A stretch of DNA of 62,272 nucleotides, counting the filler, from Streblomastix strix (lineage: Eukaryota), in NCBI GenBank assembly GCA_008636045.1. It is 4 parts of 4 records of this genome, joined end to end, with 100 filler letters (N's around TTAATTAATTAA, not from the genome) between each part and the next. Parts side by side here need not be neighbours in the genome. Positions count along the whole stretch, not along the records: positions 15,608 to 31,106 come from SNRW01000974.1; positions 31,207 to 46,695 come from SNRW01000975.1; 2 more parts are not named here. The stretch is one strand, 5' to 3'. The stretch's first letter is position 1. Each line of letters begins with the position of its first letter. Positions 26,661-39,289 of this stretch are shown one piece after another. The translations under genes were made by a program, and so were the position numbers. The notes under the pieces were generated by a model. The model saw nothing but the letters and a program-made list of their open reading frames with translations. It was not told where the DNA came from and searched no databases.

Positions 26661-28090
26661 ATGGCAGCATAAGGTATGAAAATACTCTCTTCATCAACCG
26701 AATAGGAATTTGTTTAGTGGAAAACTAATATCCCATAAGGGTACAAATAATTTTAAGTTAATAATATCTGTAATGTACCTATTAATTTAACATATTATTT
26801 AAACAATGATTACGTTGAAATAACTCTCTTGATTAGATCTACAGAAGACAAATAAGTAATGGTATAAGAATAATTACCGAATAATTTATTTAAATTAACA
26901 GCTATTGATTAACTTCCACCAATCAGAATTAAAATGAACACACATATCAAAAATAATTACGTTAGTTATTAAGGACATTAGGGAAGTAAATTTAACCAAT
27001 AAGTAATAGTTCTAAGGAATAATTAATTTAATGAATTTGCTGATAATTCTAAACAATTTTTCAGATAAGCAGATACAACTAATGGGCACCAATCAGCTTT
27101 AATTCAGTTATAAACGGACATACATAAAAATAATTAAATTAGTATACCCTAAGTTAAAATATAGGTGAGAATATCTGCTTCTACGCTATTAATTATAATA
27201 ATTTAAGATTAGATTCATTTTTTTATCATTATTACATATATAACCAATAATTATAAGTTGCTTTTCGAATGATCGGCATAATTAAATTATATTGCCCCAC
27301 AACAGATAATTATATATCTAGTGTTAAACCTCATATATTCGATGACAATAAGTCCATTAGAGTTAGAAATAATTTTAGGATATAATTTGAGATTAACGGA
27401 GATTCAATATTACAAGTTGAAACACAATAAATTAATGTACAAGGACCAAACTTATAATCAATACCGTATTAATTATATATTTTTCCTGTAAGAATTATAT
27501 TTTCCCTACCTGCTCTATCTGCTAATGAGTGGGACTATATTTATACTAGTGTACAACGCCCTAACGAATATGGACAATTTGTACCTGAAATATTAGAATA
27601 ATTATATTGGGATTAATTAGAACTACCAAATAAATTATAAAAAATTGAACTTAGTAATAATTTACATATATAATTGACCAATAGTAATTAACTATACGAT
27701 AATAGTGGTTGTGAAAAATAAATATAATTAGAAATGTGGAATTGTAAAGTGAAATATTTAAGTTAGGATTATCATTAATCATTACCTATATTTTACCCTT
27801 TCATCGGAAATTTCATGGAATTTCCCCAAATGTTAATAATAACGATAAGTAATTAATAGAGAGGGCTTGCGATGGAGGTGTAGGATAATAATTCATTTAG
27901 TAATGTTGAATTTAAATAAAATTTAATTGGTGCGCCAGTAATATGGGGGTAAAATATGCTGTCTCATTCCAACGTTATTGGATAAAATAAGGAAGTAGTA
28001 TTTAAATTATATGATAATTTTGATACATAAGTTCATGTATAATATCTGGATATGTATAATAATTTGTTTTTAGAAATATAATATAATTGA
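26661..28090 (+). pseudogene. Putative minor capsid protein (penton), element A
   Basis: MAAQGMKILSS...PQGYKQFQVNNI...NNDYVEI at the N-terminus. VFKLYDNF...NLFLEIQYN* at the C-terminus, which resembles single-jelly-roll penton C-termini. Homologous to 37585-39267. Frameshifts present. Confidence 0.55.
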
Positions 28091-28146
28091 TGTAAGATTC
28101 TAGCCACGAAAATTAGCGGGGTGATTTTAGCCTATGAATTAATTTT

Positions 28147-28347
28147 TCAATTTTTTTTGTTCTCAATTTTTTATAATAACTTCAAAGTTGCCTATTGGCT
28201 ATCTTCTTTAGCTAATTCAATTATTTCTTTTAATTATTCCATATCTAATCTCCTGTTAAATTATCAGAATAAAAATCGTAATTCTATTTCAAGATCTGAA
28301 TTTGTAGCTTAGCAAACTAATAATGATAAGAATTAACTGTAGACCAT
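28147..28347 (-). pseudogene. Small conserved helical viral protein (~65 aa)
   Basis: MVYSQFLSLLVCQATNSDLEIELRFLF*QFNRRLDMEQLKEII aligns with 35564-35775. Confidence 0.65.
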
Positions 28348-28392
28348 GAATTCTTGAACTCCTAATTGTATCATTATATATGATAAATAAAT

Positions 28393-29250
28393 ATGAACAG
28401 TAAACATATTAGTAAGAGTAAAAGTAAAGATAGTAGGACATCGTCATCTTCTTCAACTATCTGTTTTTAAATATAAAAGGGATATAATGAGATAATTGGA
28501 TAAGTTAATAAATTTAAAGGGGTATCATTAGCAAAACAATAATTTTCTGAATAAGGTACTAGATAAGTTCGAAAATTATTACAATTATTTTAGAAATTCC
28601 CAGATAAAATTACACCACCTGAAAGATTAAATAGTGATTTGAAGTATGATTAACTAAAGAATTAATTTATAGCAGAAAATCCTAAAATTATAGGAAAAAT
28701 AGATTACGAAGATCTTAGAACTTTCCAAAATTTACGTAATAAGTTGACTTCAGCTGAAGTTAGTAAGGCACTTCACGGTCAAAATTGGCGGACTATAATT
28801 AATGACCCACATTTAATGAACGATTGGATTAAAATTAATAAAAGTCTTAATCAAATTTTAAAGAAATAATTAAAGATCTATTTAATAATCCAGTTGACAT
28901 ATCATTATAGAAATAACATGATGTGAGTTAATTTATGGAAGAACAAATGAAGTTATATTAATCCAACAATTAGATAGGATAATAATTATAAGAATAGAAC
29001 GCTGAAGTAATATAGGTATTAAAATATGTAGTTGGTGCTACTGGTTGGGGGAAATAACCAATTAATGCTTATTTTAACTAATTACACTTTCCAGATCGGA
29101 AAAATTAATGGTACACTAATGAAAGATAAACAATACTAAGATAAGCTCAAGTTAAATTAGATAAATATTCGTTGATATATATGCCCCGTAATAAGAAGAA
29201 CTATATATCAAAAGGAGAGTTAAGCAAAACGTTATAGGGACAAAAATAAA
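28393..29250 (+). pseudogene. Hypothetical viral ORF
   Basis: Long, mostly open frames with TAR=Gln and frameshifts. No recognised motif. Confidence 0.35.
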
Positions 29251-29269
29251 TAAAAAAAAAAGAAATGAA

Positions 29270-29585
29270 ATCAATTTTATTGTTTATTTATATATTTTTC
29301 GAGTATATTCATAATGTTATTAATGTGCTCTTATTCAAATATATATTTATTATGTCTCTTGGAGATATCTAATTATTTTGTAGATACCTCTTTTCTAAAT
29401 TATTTAACTTTATCTCTCAATCGTTATTTAAATTATTATCTTCATTCTTTAGCTCGAGATTTAGCTTCTTCAGTAGTGAAATACTTCTTAGGTCTTCATT
29501 TAATTTTAGTTGGTACATTTTCTTTAATAAATTCGTTAATTGTTTCACTAACTGTTTCATTAATTATTTCGATAATTTATTCCAT
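29270..29585 (-). pseudogene. Small basic RPKK-motif protein downstream of the integrase
   Basis: K*RPKKYFTTEEAKSRAKE, homologous to CDRPKKFNAIEEAKNKARE at 35780-36154. Confidence 0.6.
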
Positions 29586-29589
29586 GGTT

Positions 29590-30425
29590 TGGTTTAAAAA
29601 TTAAAAATTCATAAAAATTATTTTTATATTTATCTTCTAATTAATCAAGGTCACCAGATATAAATTTAGTATAATAAGTAGGTACGTCAACTTCAATTAT
29701 ATCCTTATAGGTCTTCAATAGTTTACAAACTATACTACCATGATTGTATTTAGTAAAAGTAGCCAGCTTATTAAAGTTCTTACGCTACTTATCGAATTAG
29801 TGCTTAGTTTTTTAGTAAAATCTAAGTGAATTAATATAATGTTTCCATTTTTTAAATTAAATACCTAATCTTTTCTTAAAAAATTAATTTTACCTTCAAA
29901 TTCTTATTACTTTTGACGTATGTAACTACTTTCTAAATCTCGTGATTCATTAACTTATGTTAACGTATATTTATTGTTGAAAGCATTGTGTTTTGAATTA
30001 TTATACTCTTCAGCTGCTTACTATAGTACATGATTAGTTACTTGTTAATTTATTAATTTATTTCTCATATTTCTTATCACGCTATCTATCACTCTATTTT
30101 TATTCGTGAATAGGGATTTGTAATAAAAATATTATATATTATGTTTTGTTAATAAAGCCCTTATTTATTTACTTACAAATGCCCTTTCACCATCTGATCT
30201 AATATTTGTCACGTACTAGAGTTTTAATAGCAACACTAGAGCTGGGATTAATGATTGGGTCTCTTTTGTACGGATTGGATAAATAATAAGATATTTAGTG
30301 TTGAAGTTAATAATAAATAAGAACAATAATTATTGGTAGAACCCTATATCAATTTTCCATAAACTTAATTGAGAAGAAAAATTCGGACGTTAATATTTTG
30401 CTAGTAGTTTCAATTTGTAATCTTA
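29590..30425 (-). pseudogene. rve-type (retroviral-like) integrase, element A
   Basis: RPNFS...WKIDI...LFIINFNTKYL...IRSDGERAF...NRVIDSVIRNMR...YNNSKH. Frameshift in the C-terminal part; 5' end unclear. Confidence 0.8.
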
Positions 30426-30934
30426 GAAGGGGGAAAATGGCGCCATTCATGGCAAGTCTAAATTACTAGGGAATAAATAAATTAATAGGGGATTTATGAG
30501 ATATGACATAGAAAAAGATTTATTATTTTGGGGGATAATGACGATAAAAGGGATTATGATAATGGGATCTGTGAAAGATGGTATGATATTAACGTTTGGG
30601 GAATGATATAAGAATTATTGATGAAAGAGGGGAATTGATGGTGAAGGTAATAACCGAGGTAACTGAGGTTGAGGTGGTGAAATTGGAAAAAGGATCCGGG
30701 AATGACGGCTGATATAATAAAATACCATGAACACTCCAAAATTTAAGGATGATATGATTATTTGTAAAAGGAATTTCTAAAAATAGGGTTTTTTGGAGAT
30801 TATTTGTAAAAATGAATTTTCAAAAATAATAATTATGAATTTGTGTATTTCACAATGCAGATTGGTTTTTTAAATTCATTTCTTAGACGGACGATAAATT
30901 CTCATCAACTTCGTTGACGGGCGACTATGTCGCT

Positions 30935-31106
30935 CATTCATTAAATCCTTTATCAATCGTCTCAGCATATTCGCCATGCAATTTCTCGAAATATGGGATG
31001 AATTCTTGCTTTAACTTATAGCTGTAATGGCGTATTTTCTTAATTTATGTGACTTTATACTCGCATTTCTGCTTAATCTCGATTTAAAATGTTTTGTCCG
31101 CGATAT
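30935..31106 (-). pseudogene. C-terminal fragment of an unidentified viral gene (possibly the primase-helicase winged-helix end)
   Basis: IADKTFQIEIKQKCEYK.../YSYKLKQEFIPYFEKLHGEYAETIDKGFNE*. Cut by the contig end. Confidence 0.3.
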
Positions 31107-31206
31107 NNNNNNNNNNNNNNNNNNNNNNNNNNNNNNNNNNNNNNNNNNNNTTAATTAATTAANNNNNNNNNNNNNNNNNNNNNNNNNNNNNNNNNNNNNN
31201 NNNNNN
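31107..31206. other. Artificial contig linker
   Basis: N-run, TTAATTAATTAA, N-run. Confidence 0.97.
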
Positions 31207-34200
31207 ATTTAACATTCTATTAGTCTCATAAATTAACGATAATTAAGAAATTTATCATGTATTCTATACTACTAATACAGATGGGTTAACTAGATAAAAA
31301 TATTGTCCTCACTGTTATTAACAATCATAAGACCCTAAGGATGATCATTTCTAAAGAGATTACGAAAATTATGTTAGTTAATGTAAGATTAACAATGGTA
31401 ATATAATTTAGAAGGTTAAATTAGATGAATAATCATTCCCCTACTGTCCACATATCTAACGCAATGAAACTTACGCATATCAATTAGTCAACAATAAGAA
31501 ATAATAATTTAAGCCAACTCACTATTATATCACATATGATTTTGAAACAGTTGAACGTAAAGTGTACACTTATTTTGGTAAACCTATCCTTAAAGATAAT
31601 CAGTAATAATAGGACATTAATAATCAAATTATTCGTAATAGTTAATGGATATCAATTCTAGAATCACTATCAGTAGCTTCAACTATTAAACTTAAATGGA
31701 TAGAATAATATTAAAACGATTAACACTATAAGAAAATAGTATCTACATTTGGACCTATAACCTTAAAAACTATTTATTTTGACTTACGTAATGGACCTGA
31801 TTTTATACATTTATGGTTAGAATAGATATTCATTGAATCGGCACAAGTATCATTAGACATCCATTATGATGATGAATTAATTCCATATAATTAAAATGTA
31901 TAAATTATAGGATTCAATTCATCGAGATTTGATTAAGCACTATTCTCTAAATATCTTCATTGTGATTAGTGGACTATCTAAAATTACATCGGTAGCTATG
32001 GATAAGGTAAGTAGATAATAGTATAAAATAAGATTACTAAATAGTGTATTAATTTCATTAATGCAATGAATTACACTTAACCTACTGATTTAGCCAATTT
32101 CGCTAAGGATTTTGGTAACCAAGATAACTAATTAAAAGGTCCATTTCCATATGAAGGTATTACTTATGATAACTATAATTAAGAGTTAATTAAGCAATAA
32201 CCCTTTCCAATTAGATTGTTTGATTCAATGTTGAAAAATAAAACTATGTTTAATGAAGATTACTAATTATATTTAGATGATGCTAAGAATTATCAAACAA
32301 GATGAGACTATCTATAACACTATAATGAATTAGAAACTTAGATAATGATATAACCATTAGATAATTTGATTAATTGGTTCTATTAATACAACGTTGATAT
32401 GTTTAGTTTCATGAGCTTAGCTGCTAATGCTAATGCTATTAAATATGCTATAGTTTACAAAGAATTCGATCTTAATACGAATTACCCTTAAACAATTGAT
32501 AACTCTACCTCTTTTATTCTATCTCAAAGCTATTCGAACTATAAGATAGCACAATATGACACTTTGATTAAAATTAAACATAGAAAGACAAACAATAATG
32601 TAACGGTTAAAGATTTCGATTATTTTAAGGATTTATTCTCAAAAACTACCTTTACCATTTGCGGTGATAAATTTACATTGAATAATAAGCCTACATTAAA
32701 TCTTATTGATAATAACATTCCTCATACTAAATCAAATTGTTAACCCTGATGTTTATATTATAATCGTTATAAATCAAACAAGGATGAAAAGATAACGAAA
32801 TTAATTATTTAACAACGTCGATTTTGTAACATTAACCATTTATCTTAAACAATTGTAAACGATAAAGTATATTAACTCATAAGATGAAATATAACTGGTA
32901 GTTTATCTAATGTCATGCATCGATATAATAGAGCTAATATTGATACAATTAAACGTTACTTTTACAATGAAACAAATAGAACAATAACAGTTATTAATAC
33001 TAACCATTCTATTTCTTATATTTGTGGAATAGATTTTAATTCATTAAAACCCTCTTGTTTCTCATCTTAATATCTTCCATTTAACAAGTATACTAATGGT
33101 ATTATATATATGTGTGGATCAGCAACAGGAACAATTAAAGATTAATCTTAAGCTAGAAAAATAATAAAATCAAACGATCGATTCAATAATAATCGATAAC
33201 TATTCATTGCATAACTGAAGGGTCACATTGATGAGAAATACGTTAATGATTTCATTAATTTCCCCCAATATTTCGTAACTTATCATATTAGTCAAGTAAA
33301 ACATTATCGGTGGATAAATGTATGATTAGATGTAAACAGCCAGTGTTAGAACTGATAAATAAGAAAAAAATTAACAAATAGATTATCAACTCATAATTAA
33401 TAAATGACCTTTAGCTCCTATTACTTACGGTTCTTAATTGATGATTGTCATTTTATAGTAGACAATATTAAACAGTTAGTTACTTCTAATAAACATACTA
33501 AGTTTAATGCTTTCGATAACGAATTCATGAATAAACGCATTGATGCTATCAAGCAAAAGAATAGTGGTTTGGATAAATTTTGTAAGATGATTTTGAATAC
33601 TTCTTATGGATCTGATGGTATGAATACTGAGAAATATAATATGATCAAACTACTTACTAAAGAAAAGACTAAAGAAGCACATACTAAGTAATCATGGATG
33701 AATGATCGTAAATTGGCTGATAACCTTTATGCTATTCAATTTAATCCAAAGAATTGCAAATGTAATTCCTGTCTTCAAGTAGCTTATTTTACATTAGATA
33801 ACGCTATATATTGGTATCTTAATTTCATATATAATTTCATGTATGAATGCTTAGATATGAATAGATAACATTTTATAAAAGGAGATGCTGATTCAGCTTA
33901 TTGTGCAATTAGTGGAAGGTAAATACCTAAAATTAACTAATAAGAGTACGAAGATAATTTACATTAAGGATTTAAATATGTCATCAATGATTATTAGTTT
34001 TTTGATTATAATGTGATTTACTTCTTTCCAACAATTGATGGTGATAAATCAGATGAAAAGAAATTACTAGGTTTATCTATCGAAAATGAAGGTGATGAGA
34101 TGGTTGCATTAACCCCTAATAATTATTATATTCATACATTTAAACGTAATTCATTAACCGATGTAATTAAACTTATAGGACTTAATCTTAGATAGAACAA

Positions 34201-34447
34201 TATAAACAAATAAGATGTGATTCATAATATCGTTAATGGAAAAATCACAGAAGGAACTAATATGAGATTAGGTTAATAAGGCGAATAATAAGATTAGTTA
34301 TCCATGACTTATTGTTTGAGTAAGTTATTATCAACTAAGAATGCGTTAACAGGTATATAAGCTAAGATGATTGTATAGAAAAATAGTTAAAGTTGTTTAC
34401 CATTTATGTATGGATTATCATTTGATAGTTATTCACACTGTCAATGA
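31207..34447 (+). pseudogene. polB: Protein-primed family B DNA polymerase (5' truncated)
   Basis: Exo I ITYDFET (about 31530), Exo II IIGFNSSRFD (about 31905), KGPFPYE, HYNELE, motif A GIDFNSLKPS (about 33026), motif B KMILNTSYG (about 33585), motif C GDADS (33881), KKLLG. Several TGA stops and frameshifts. Confidence 0.92.
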
Positions 34448-34449
34448 AA

Positions 34450-35530
34450 TTGGCTTTGAGAATCAAGTCGATTTCTTTTTTGTTTATTTTTTACTTTTCT
34501 TTCTTTTGAGTTATTTCTATGATTCAATTGTTGACATCAGTTCTTTTTCGCTAATGTAATTCTTCTTATGTTTGATTTAATTTGTTTTATCAGCTTTAGT
34601 TAATACATTATTCAATTAAATATACGAAGGTGTTTTATCGTTAATTCTCAGACTTATTTTCTTTAATGGAAATTAATTTGAATTAAGAGAAGTTAATCCT
34701 CAATCCATTGATCGAAACCTATAATTCATTGCTTAATTCATATCGATCATTTATTATGATTACAATTCTTCGATTTTCTTATCTTACTCTTCTTCATATA
34801 CCAGTGATTTTTATTCTTACTGTTAATTTATTTGTTAAGGTACTCCAAATAATGTACTATCGTCTAATTGTTACTATTATTCTGTAGATATAAGCTATTT
34901 ATCTTTCTAATACTCTTATTCTTTCTTTTTTTCTTTTCCTTCTTCTGTATTAATTTATCTTTATTATTTTTCATTTGTAGGTAATTCTTTATTTACCATA
35001 TCCTATGATGCTTAGTCAGTAAACGCAAGGAAATTACCATAAGGTATTATATCTTAATAATTATATGTCCCTGAAGCAATTTAAGCATTAACATTAGGTA
35101 TATCAATTAACGATGGATCACCTATTCCAACAGAATTATCAATCATATTTTTTACTCTTGCATATACATCAATCTATCCATATAATAGATTCTAAGCTAA
35201 CGATTACATTGTAATTTGATCTAATGATTTATATGAAGATTTTTCATCTCTATATTTACTGAGTATATCATCTTATTTTTTATTGTAGAATGACATTGTA
35301 TCACCTAATTTTTTCTATTGATTTTAAGTTAGCTTAGGTTATTATTGATACTTTTAGTTTATAAAGCTATTTATCATATACACTTATTAATTACGTTCAT
35401 ATTTATCCTTAACTAGTTATTTTTATATCTATACTCTTATAGCATCATTAATATATCAACTTATCTCAGTTAGTCTTAATTTATTAGCTATTTCCAATAA
35501 TACTGGTTTAGTAGCATTTAATAGATTCAT
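34450..35530 (-). pseudogene. Hypothetical Gln/Lys-rich viral ORF
   Basis: ATG at 35530 (MNLLNATKPVLLEIANKL). Long frame with TAR=Gln and an early TGA. Confidence 0.4.
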
Positions 35531-35563
35531 ATTAATTAATAAAAAATGTAAGTGTAAGAATAT

Positions 35564-35775
35564 ATGAGATTTAGTTAATTTTTATCATCATTACTATGCT
35601 TGCTACTAAATCAGATCCAACAATAGAATTGCGATTCATTCTACGATAATATAATAAACGATTGAAGATGGAACAATTAAAATAGATTATGGAATAAGCC
35701 TAAGTAAATTGTTAAGAAGCATTATTATTGTTAATGAGTATGTTAAATGATAAAAGATTAAGAATAATAAATTGA
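35564..35775 (+). pseudogene. Small conserved helical viral protein, homologue of 28147-28347
   Basis: MRFSQFLSSLLC/ATKSDPTIELRFILRQYNKRLKMEQLKQIM, with one frameshift. Confidence 0.65.
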
Positions 35776-35779
35776 ATTT

Positions 35780-36154
35780 TCATTTTTCAGTTTTATCGAT
35801 TTAATCTTATTTTTGCATTTGTTTATATTTGTCATGCATATTTAGTATAGTGATTATATCTTATTCGTCTAGCTTTAACTTTTAAATCTATTGAATAGCG
35901 GTATGTGATAATTCAGTGATTGTTTATCTAAATTATTTAGTAATTAAATATTGTTTCTTTTTAAATAAACTTTGTTATTCTCTTGCTTTATTTTTAGCCT
36001 CTTCTATTGCATTAAATTTCTTAGGTCTATCACATTTAACAACTTCTTTTTTTTCATACTTACGTTTCGGAGTAATTATACTATTATCAACAATCGAAGA
36101 TTGAAGCTCTGATAAGTCATTGTTATTTTATTCATTAACTTGTTCCAATTTCAT
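35780..36154 (-). CDS. Small basic RPKK-motif protein downstream of the integrase
   Basis: PKRKYEKKEVVKCDRPKKFNAIEEAKNKARE. Same position relative to the integrase as in element A. Confidence 0.6.
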
Positions 36155-37307
36155 TAGATAAAAAAGTCTATTTTTATTTAATATTTAAATTTTCTATATC
36201 ATCACTTACCTTCTTAACTAAATAAGTAGGTATTTCAACTTATTGTATATCTTTATATGGTTTCATTAATCTACATATTATATTCCCATGCTAATACTTT
36301 TCGAATATTGCTAACTCATTAAACTATCTACGCTACTTTTTAAATTAATGTGATGTTTTAGATAAATCAAAATGAATCAATATGATATATCCTTTGGTTA
36401 GTTTTGTAAGTTAATTCTACGATTATTTAATAGCATAAAATATCCTCATCCATTAATGTATATATTTACCTTCCAAATCTTCATCTTAATTAACGTATGT
36501 TGGATTGTGTTTTAATTCAAACGCTTTATGAGGTTTATCATTATAGTATTTAACTATCTATTACAGTAGCTTTGGATTAGCCATATTTTAACCAATTGTA
36601 GCATCTCTAACTATTCGAATAACTCTATCAACTATTTTATTTTTATTAATGAATTTTGATTTACCCATGTAATATTACATAAGATGAAACGATAAGAACT
36701 CTAATACCATTTTACAACCGATAGTGCTTTCACCATCAGATCTTAGATTATTTACATGTTACTATTTGATTAATTAATCTAGGCAACTTAATATCTCTTT
36801 TTATGTTTTATTCTTAATCACGTAAACAACTAAGAATTTAGTATTGATATTAATACAGATTAGATAACACCTCAGGAGCTGGCCTAAAGGTTAATCCTGT
36901 TTATCAACGAATATTATATCTATCTCCCATGATCTTAATGATTTAGAGAATTATGGTCTATAGAATTGCTTTATTGGTTTTAATTTCCAATCTTATATCT
37001 TATTCTATTTATCGAAGAGATTTGTAATTTTCTACTAATCATCATTGTCTTTATTGTTAACTTTTATTTTCTATTTTTGTTTAATTGATTGAATATGATA
37101 TTCTTAGAATTTATCAATGTATTATTTATATAACTCAAATATTGTTTTAATATGTTTTACTTTAGAACCAATACCTGATTCTGTGAATTATTTTTCTAAG
37201 TCATTTGAATTAAAATTAGTTTTAAATTAACGATTCAAACTATTTACAAAGTCTTTCAAACTTAACTTATTTATTTCCCAAGCCTTATCATTAAAAAATT
37301 TATTCAT
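36130..37307 (-). CDS. rve-type integrase, element B
   Basis: ATG at 37307. RPQFS...WEIDII...YLICININTKFL...LRSDGE...KIVDRVIRIVRD...YYNDKPHKAF. Intactness not fully checked. Confidence 0.85.
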
Positions 37308-37584
37308 TTTAAAGTAAAAATAATATAATCGATAATCGAAGATTCTGCATACAGCAAGATTCTAAATCCAATGGATATAATCGTTGATTCTTAGCACTAA
37401 GGTGAAAATTAATCATCTATGGCATATATCACTCTAGCAAGCATATTAAATAGCAAAGTTGAATATCTTTTAGAATAGTTCATGCCAATTAATCCCGATT
37501 GGTTCAAGAGCAATTATCATAGTCTAATTGAAGATTTCCATTTTCAACACATTAAATTAGCAGAGCTCCGATCTATGATCCCAT

Positions 37585-39267
37585 TGAATATATTACAACT
37601 CTAATAGTAAATTGATATATATGTCCATAAACTAATTAGGTGTTCTTCTTCCAAAATTATCGTACAATTTAAATATAAATGATCTATTCATACCCATTAA
37701 TCCAGTCTATGATAGCATGTTCTAACCCCATAATACTGGTGCTCCGATTAGATTCCATTTATAACACACATTTGAAAATCCTACATTGTTAATCGTTTAC
37801 ATTATTGATCTTTATATTTGATTATCATCACAAATAATTAACATCTATGGATATTCTAAAAAAATACCGATATAAAGGCAAAACATGGATATATCCGATA
37901 ATAATGACTGTTAATTGTATTTAGTTTTATAGAACTAATCATAAAGTTCAATGATTTTTTCATTATAGATAATATTAGCCAATTGATTAGCATTATTTTA
38001 GTTATTACCATCATACAAATCTAATCCACCTTTTAATTGTATATACAGTAGATAACGGTTAATTCGTACTACGGTTAATTCGTATATATGGATAATTCGT
38101 ATGATTTTTTAATAAAATTGAGGGAAAATTTTAAATATTTTTTAAAAATTTTTAAATTTTCTGAAGATTTTATTGGAAGATACGAATTAATTGTAATTTG
38201 TTTATCGAAAATCGATGAAGGAGCAACTACGAATTAACCGTTATCTACTGTATATAAATTATTAGATAATACTAAACTATTAACATACTAATTTAAGTTG
38301 ATATGCTATTTAGAGTTATATTCATTAACAACTAATGGTATATAATGTCCGTATTAATTGAATAGTTATACATCTATATATATATATATATCCTTCCATT
38401 ATTATATATTTAACGCAGATAATGAACATATCATTCTAATGGGAAATGTATTAATACTACTACTAACTTATTACATCGTTAATGATTATACATTAATTGG
38501 GATAATATCAGTTTCAATTAAATTTCCATTCGTAAATGTTATCTATATACAATAATTATACCTTATATTAATGTTATATGATTAATCAGCACCCTATATG
38601 GGTTCGATGGACGTTATGAAGTTATTAACAGTTGGTTCATATATTTTTATTATACCTATACATCGATAAGCTATAGATAAATCAGGATCAAATATCCAAT
38701 AATGATATATGATAGCATCCAAACGTAAATTTATATAGTTTAATTCAGAACTACATATATCTGTTCCATTATTAATATTTAAACTGCACGTATTATTCTA
38801 TTATTTTTATGTATGTTCATTTACACCGTTATTGAAACAAATAGAATTGGAGTTAGTACTACTGACTAGTTCGAAATACTATTCTTGTCGATCAGTGAAC
38901 TCGTTTATTTCGGTTTAATTCAATGCGTTAACCGATGGGTTATTAAGATGTAAGACTATTTATTCGAATCTAATATATACATGTTATTTATTATAGTATT
39001 CATTTTAATTCTAATCGGTAGAATCTATTCGATAGGTTATAGTTTAGACGTTGCATTTGAATTCTTAACTTATTAGTATAAATTTAATCCCTTTAGATTA
39101 TGTCTTAGTTCAATATAATCATCTTTAATGAAGAAACATAGATTTAAAGGTATGTTATTCATGCTAATAATTTAGAATTATCTATATCCAGTAGGAGCTT
39201 AAGCTATCCATTCAACATAATCCTTATCACTATCATTGTTAATTATTTACAATCCTATTTAAGCCAT
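37585..39267 (-). pseudogene. Putative minor capsid protein (penton), element B, interrupted by a MITE
   Basis: MAQIGLQIINN...PTGYRQFQIISMNNIPLNL...DDYIEL and EYPQMLII...FSNVCYKWNLIGAPVLW...IFKLYDNFGRR...NLLLELQY align with 26661-28090. Confidence 0.55.
38046..38250. mobile_element. Tc1/mariner/pogo-type MITE (205 bp)
   Basis: Perfect 23-bp TIRs CAGTAGATAACGGTTAATTCGTA / TACGAATTAACCGTTATCTACTG, flanked by TA on both sides. Subterminal TAATTCGTA repeats. Confidence 0.9.
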
Positions 39268-39289
39268 TTGATCAAAGCAAAAATAGATT

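Larger units (their letters stand above)
21150..31106. mobile_element. Endogenous Maverick/Polinton-like virus, partial and decayed (element A)
   Basis: Intronless, densely packed genes: fibre-like fragments, packaging ATPase, HNH, penton-like protein and rve integrase. Several are homologous to genes in 31207-45975. Ends not identified. Confidence 0.85.
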
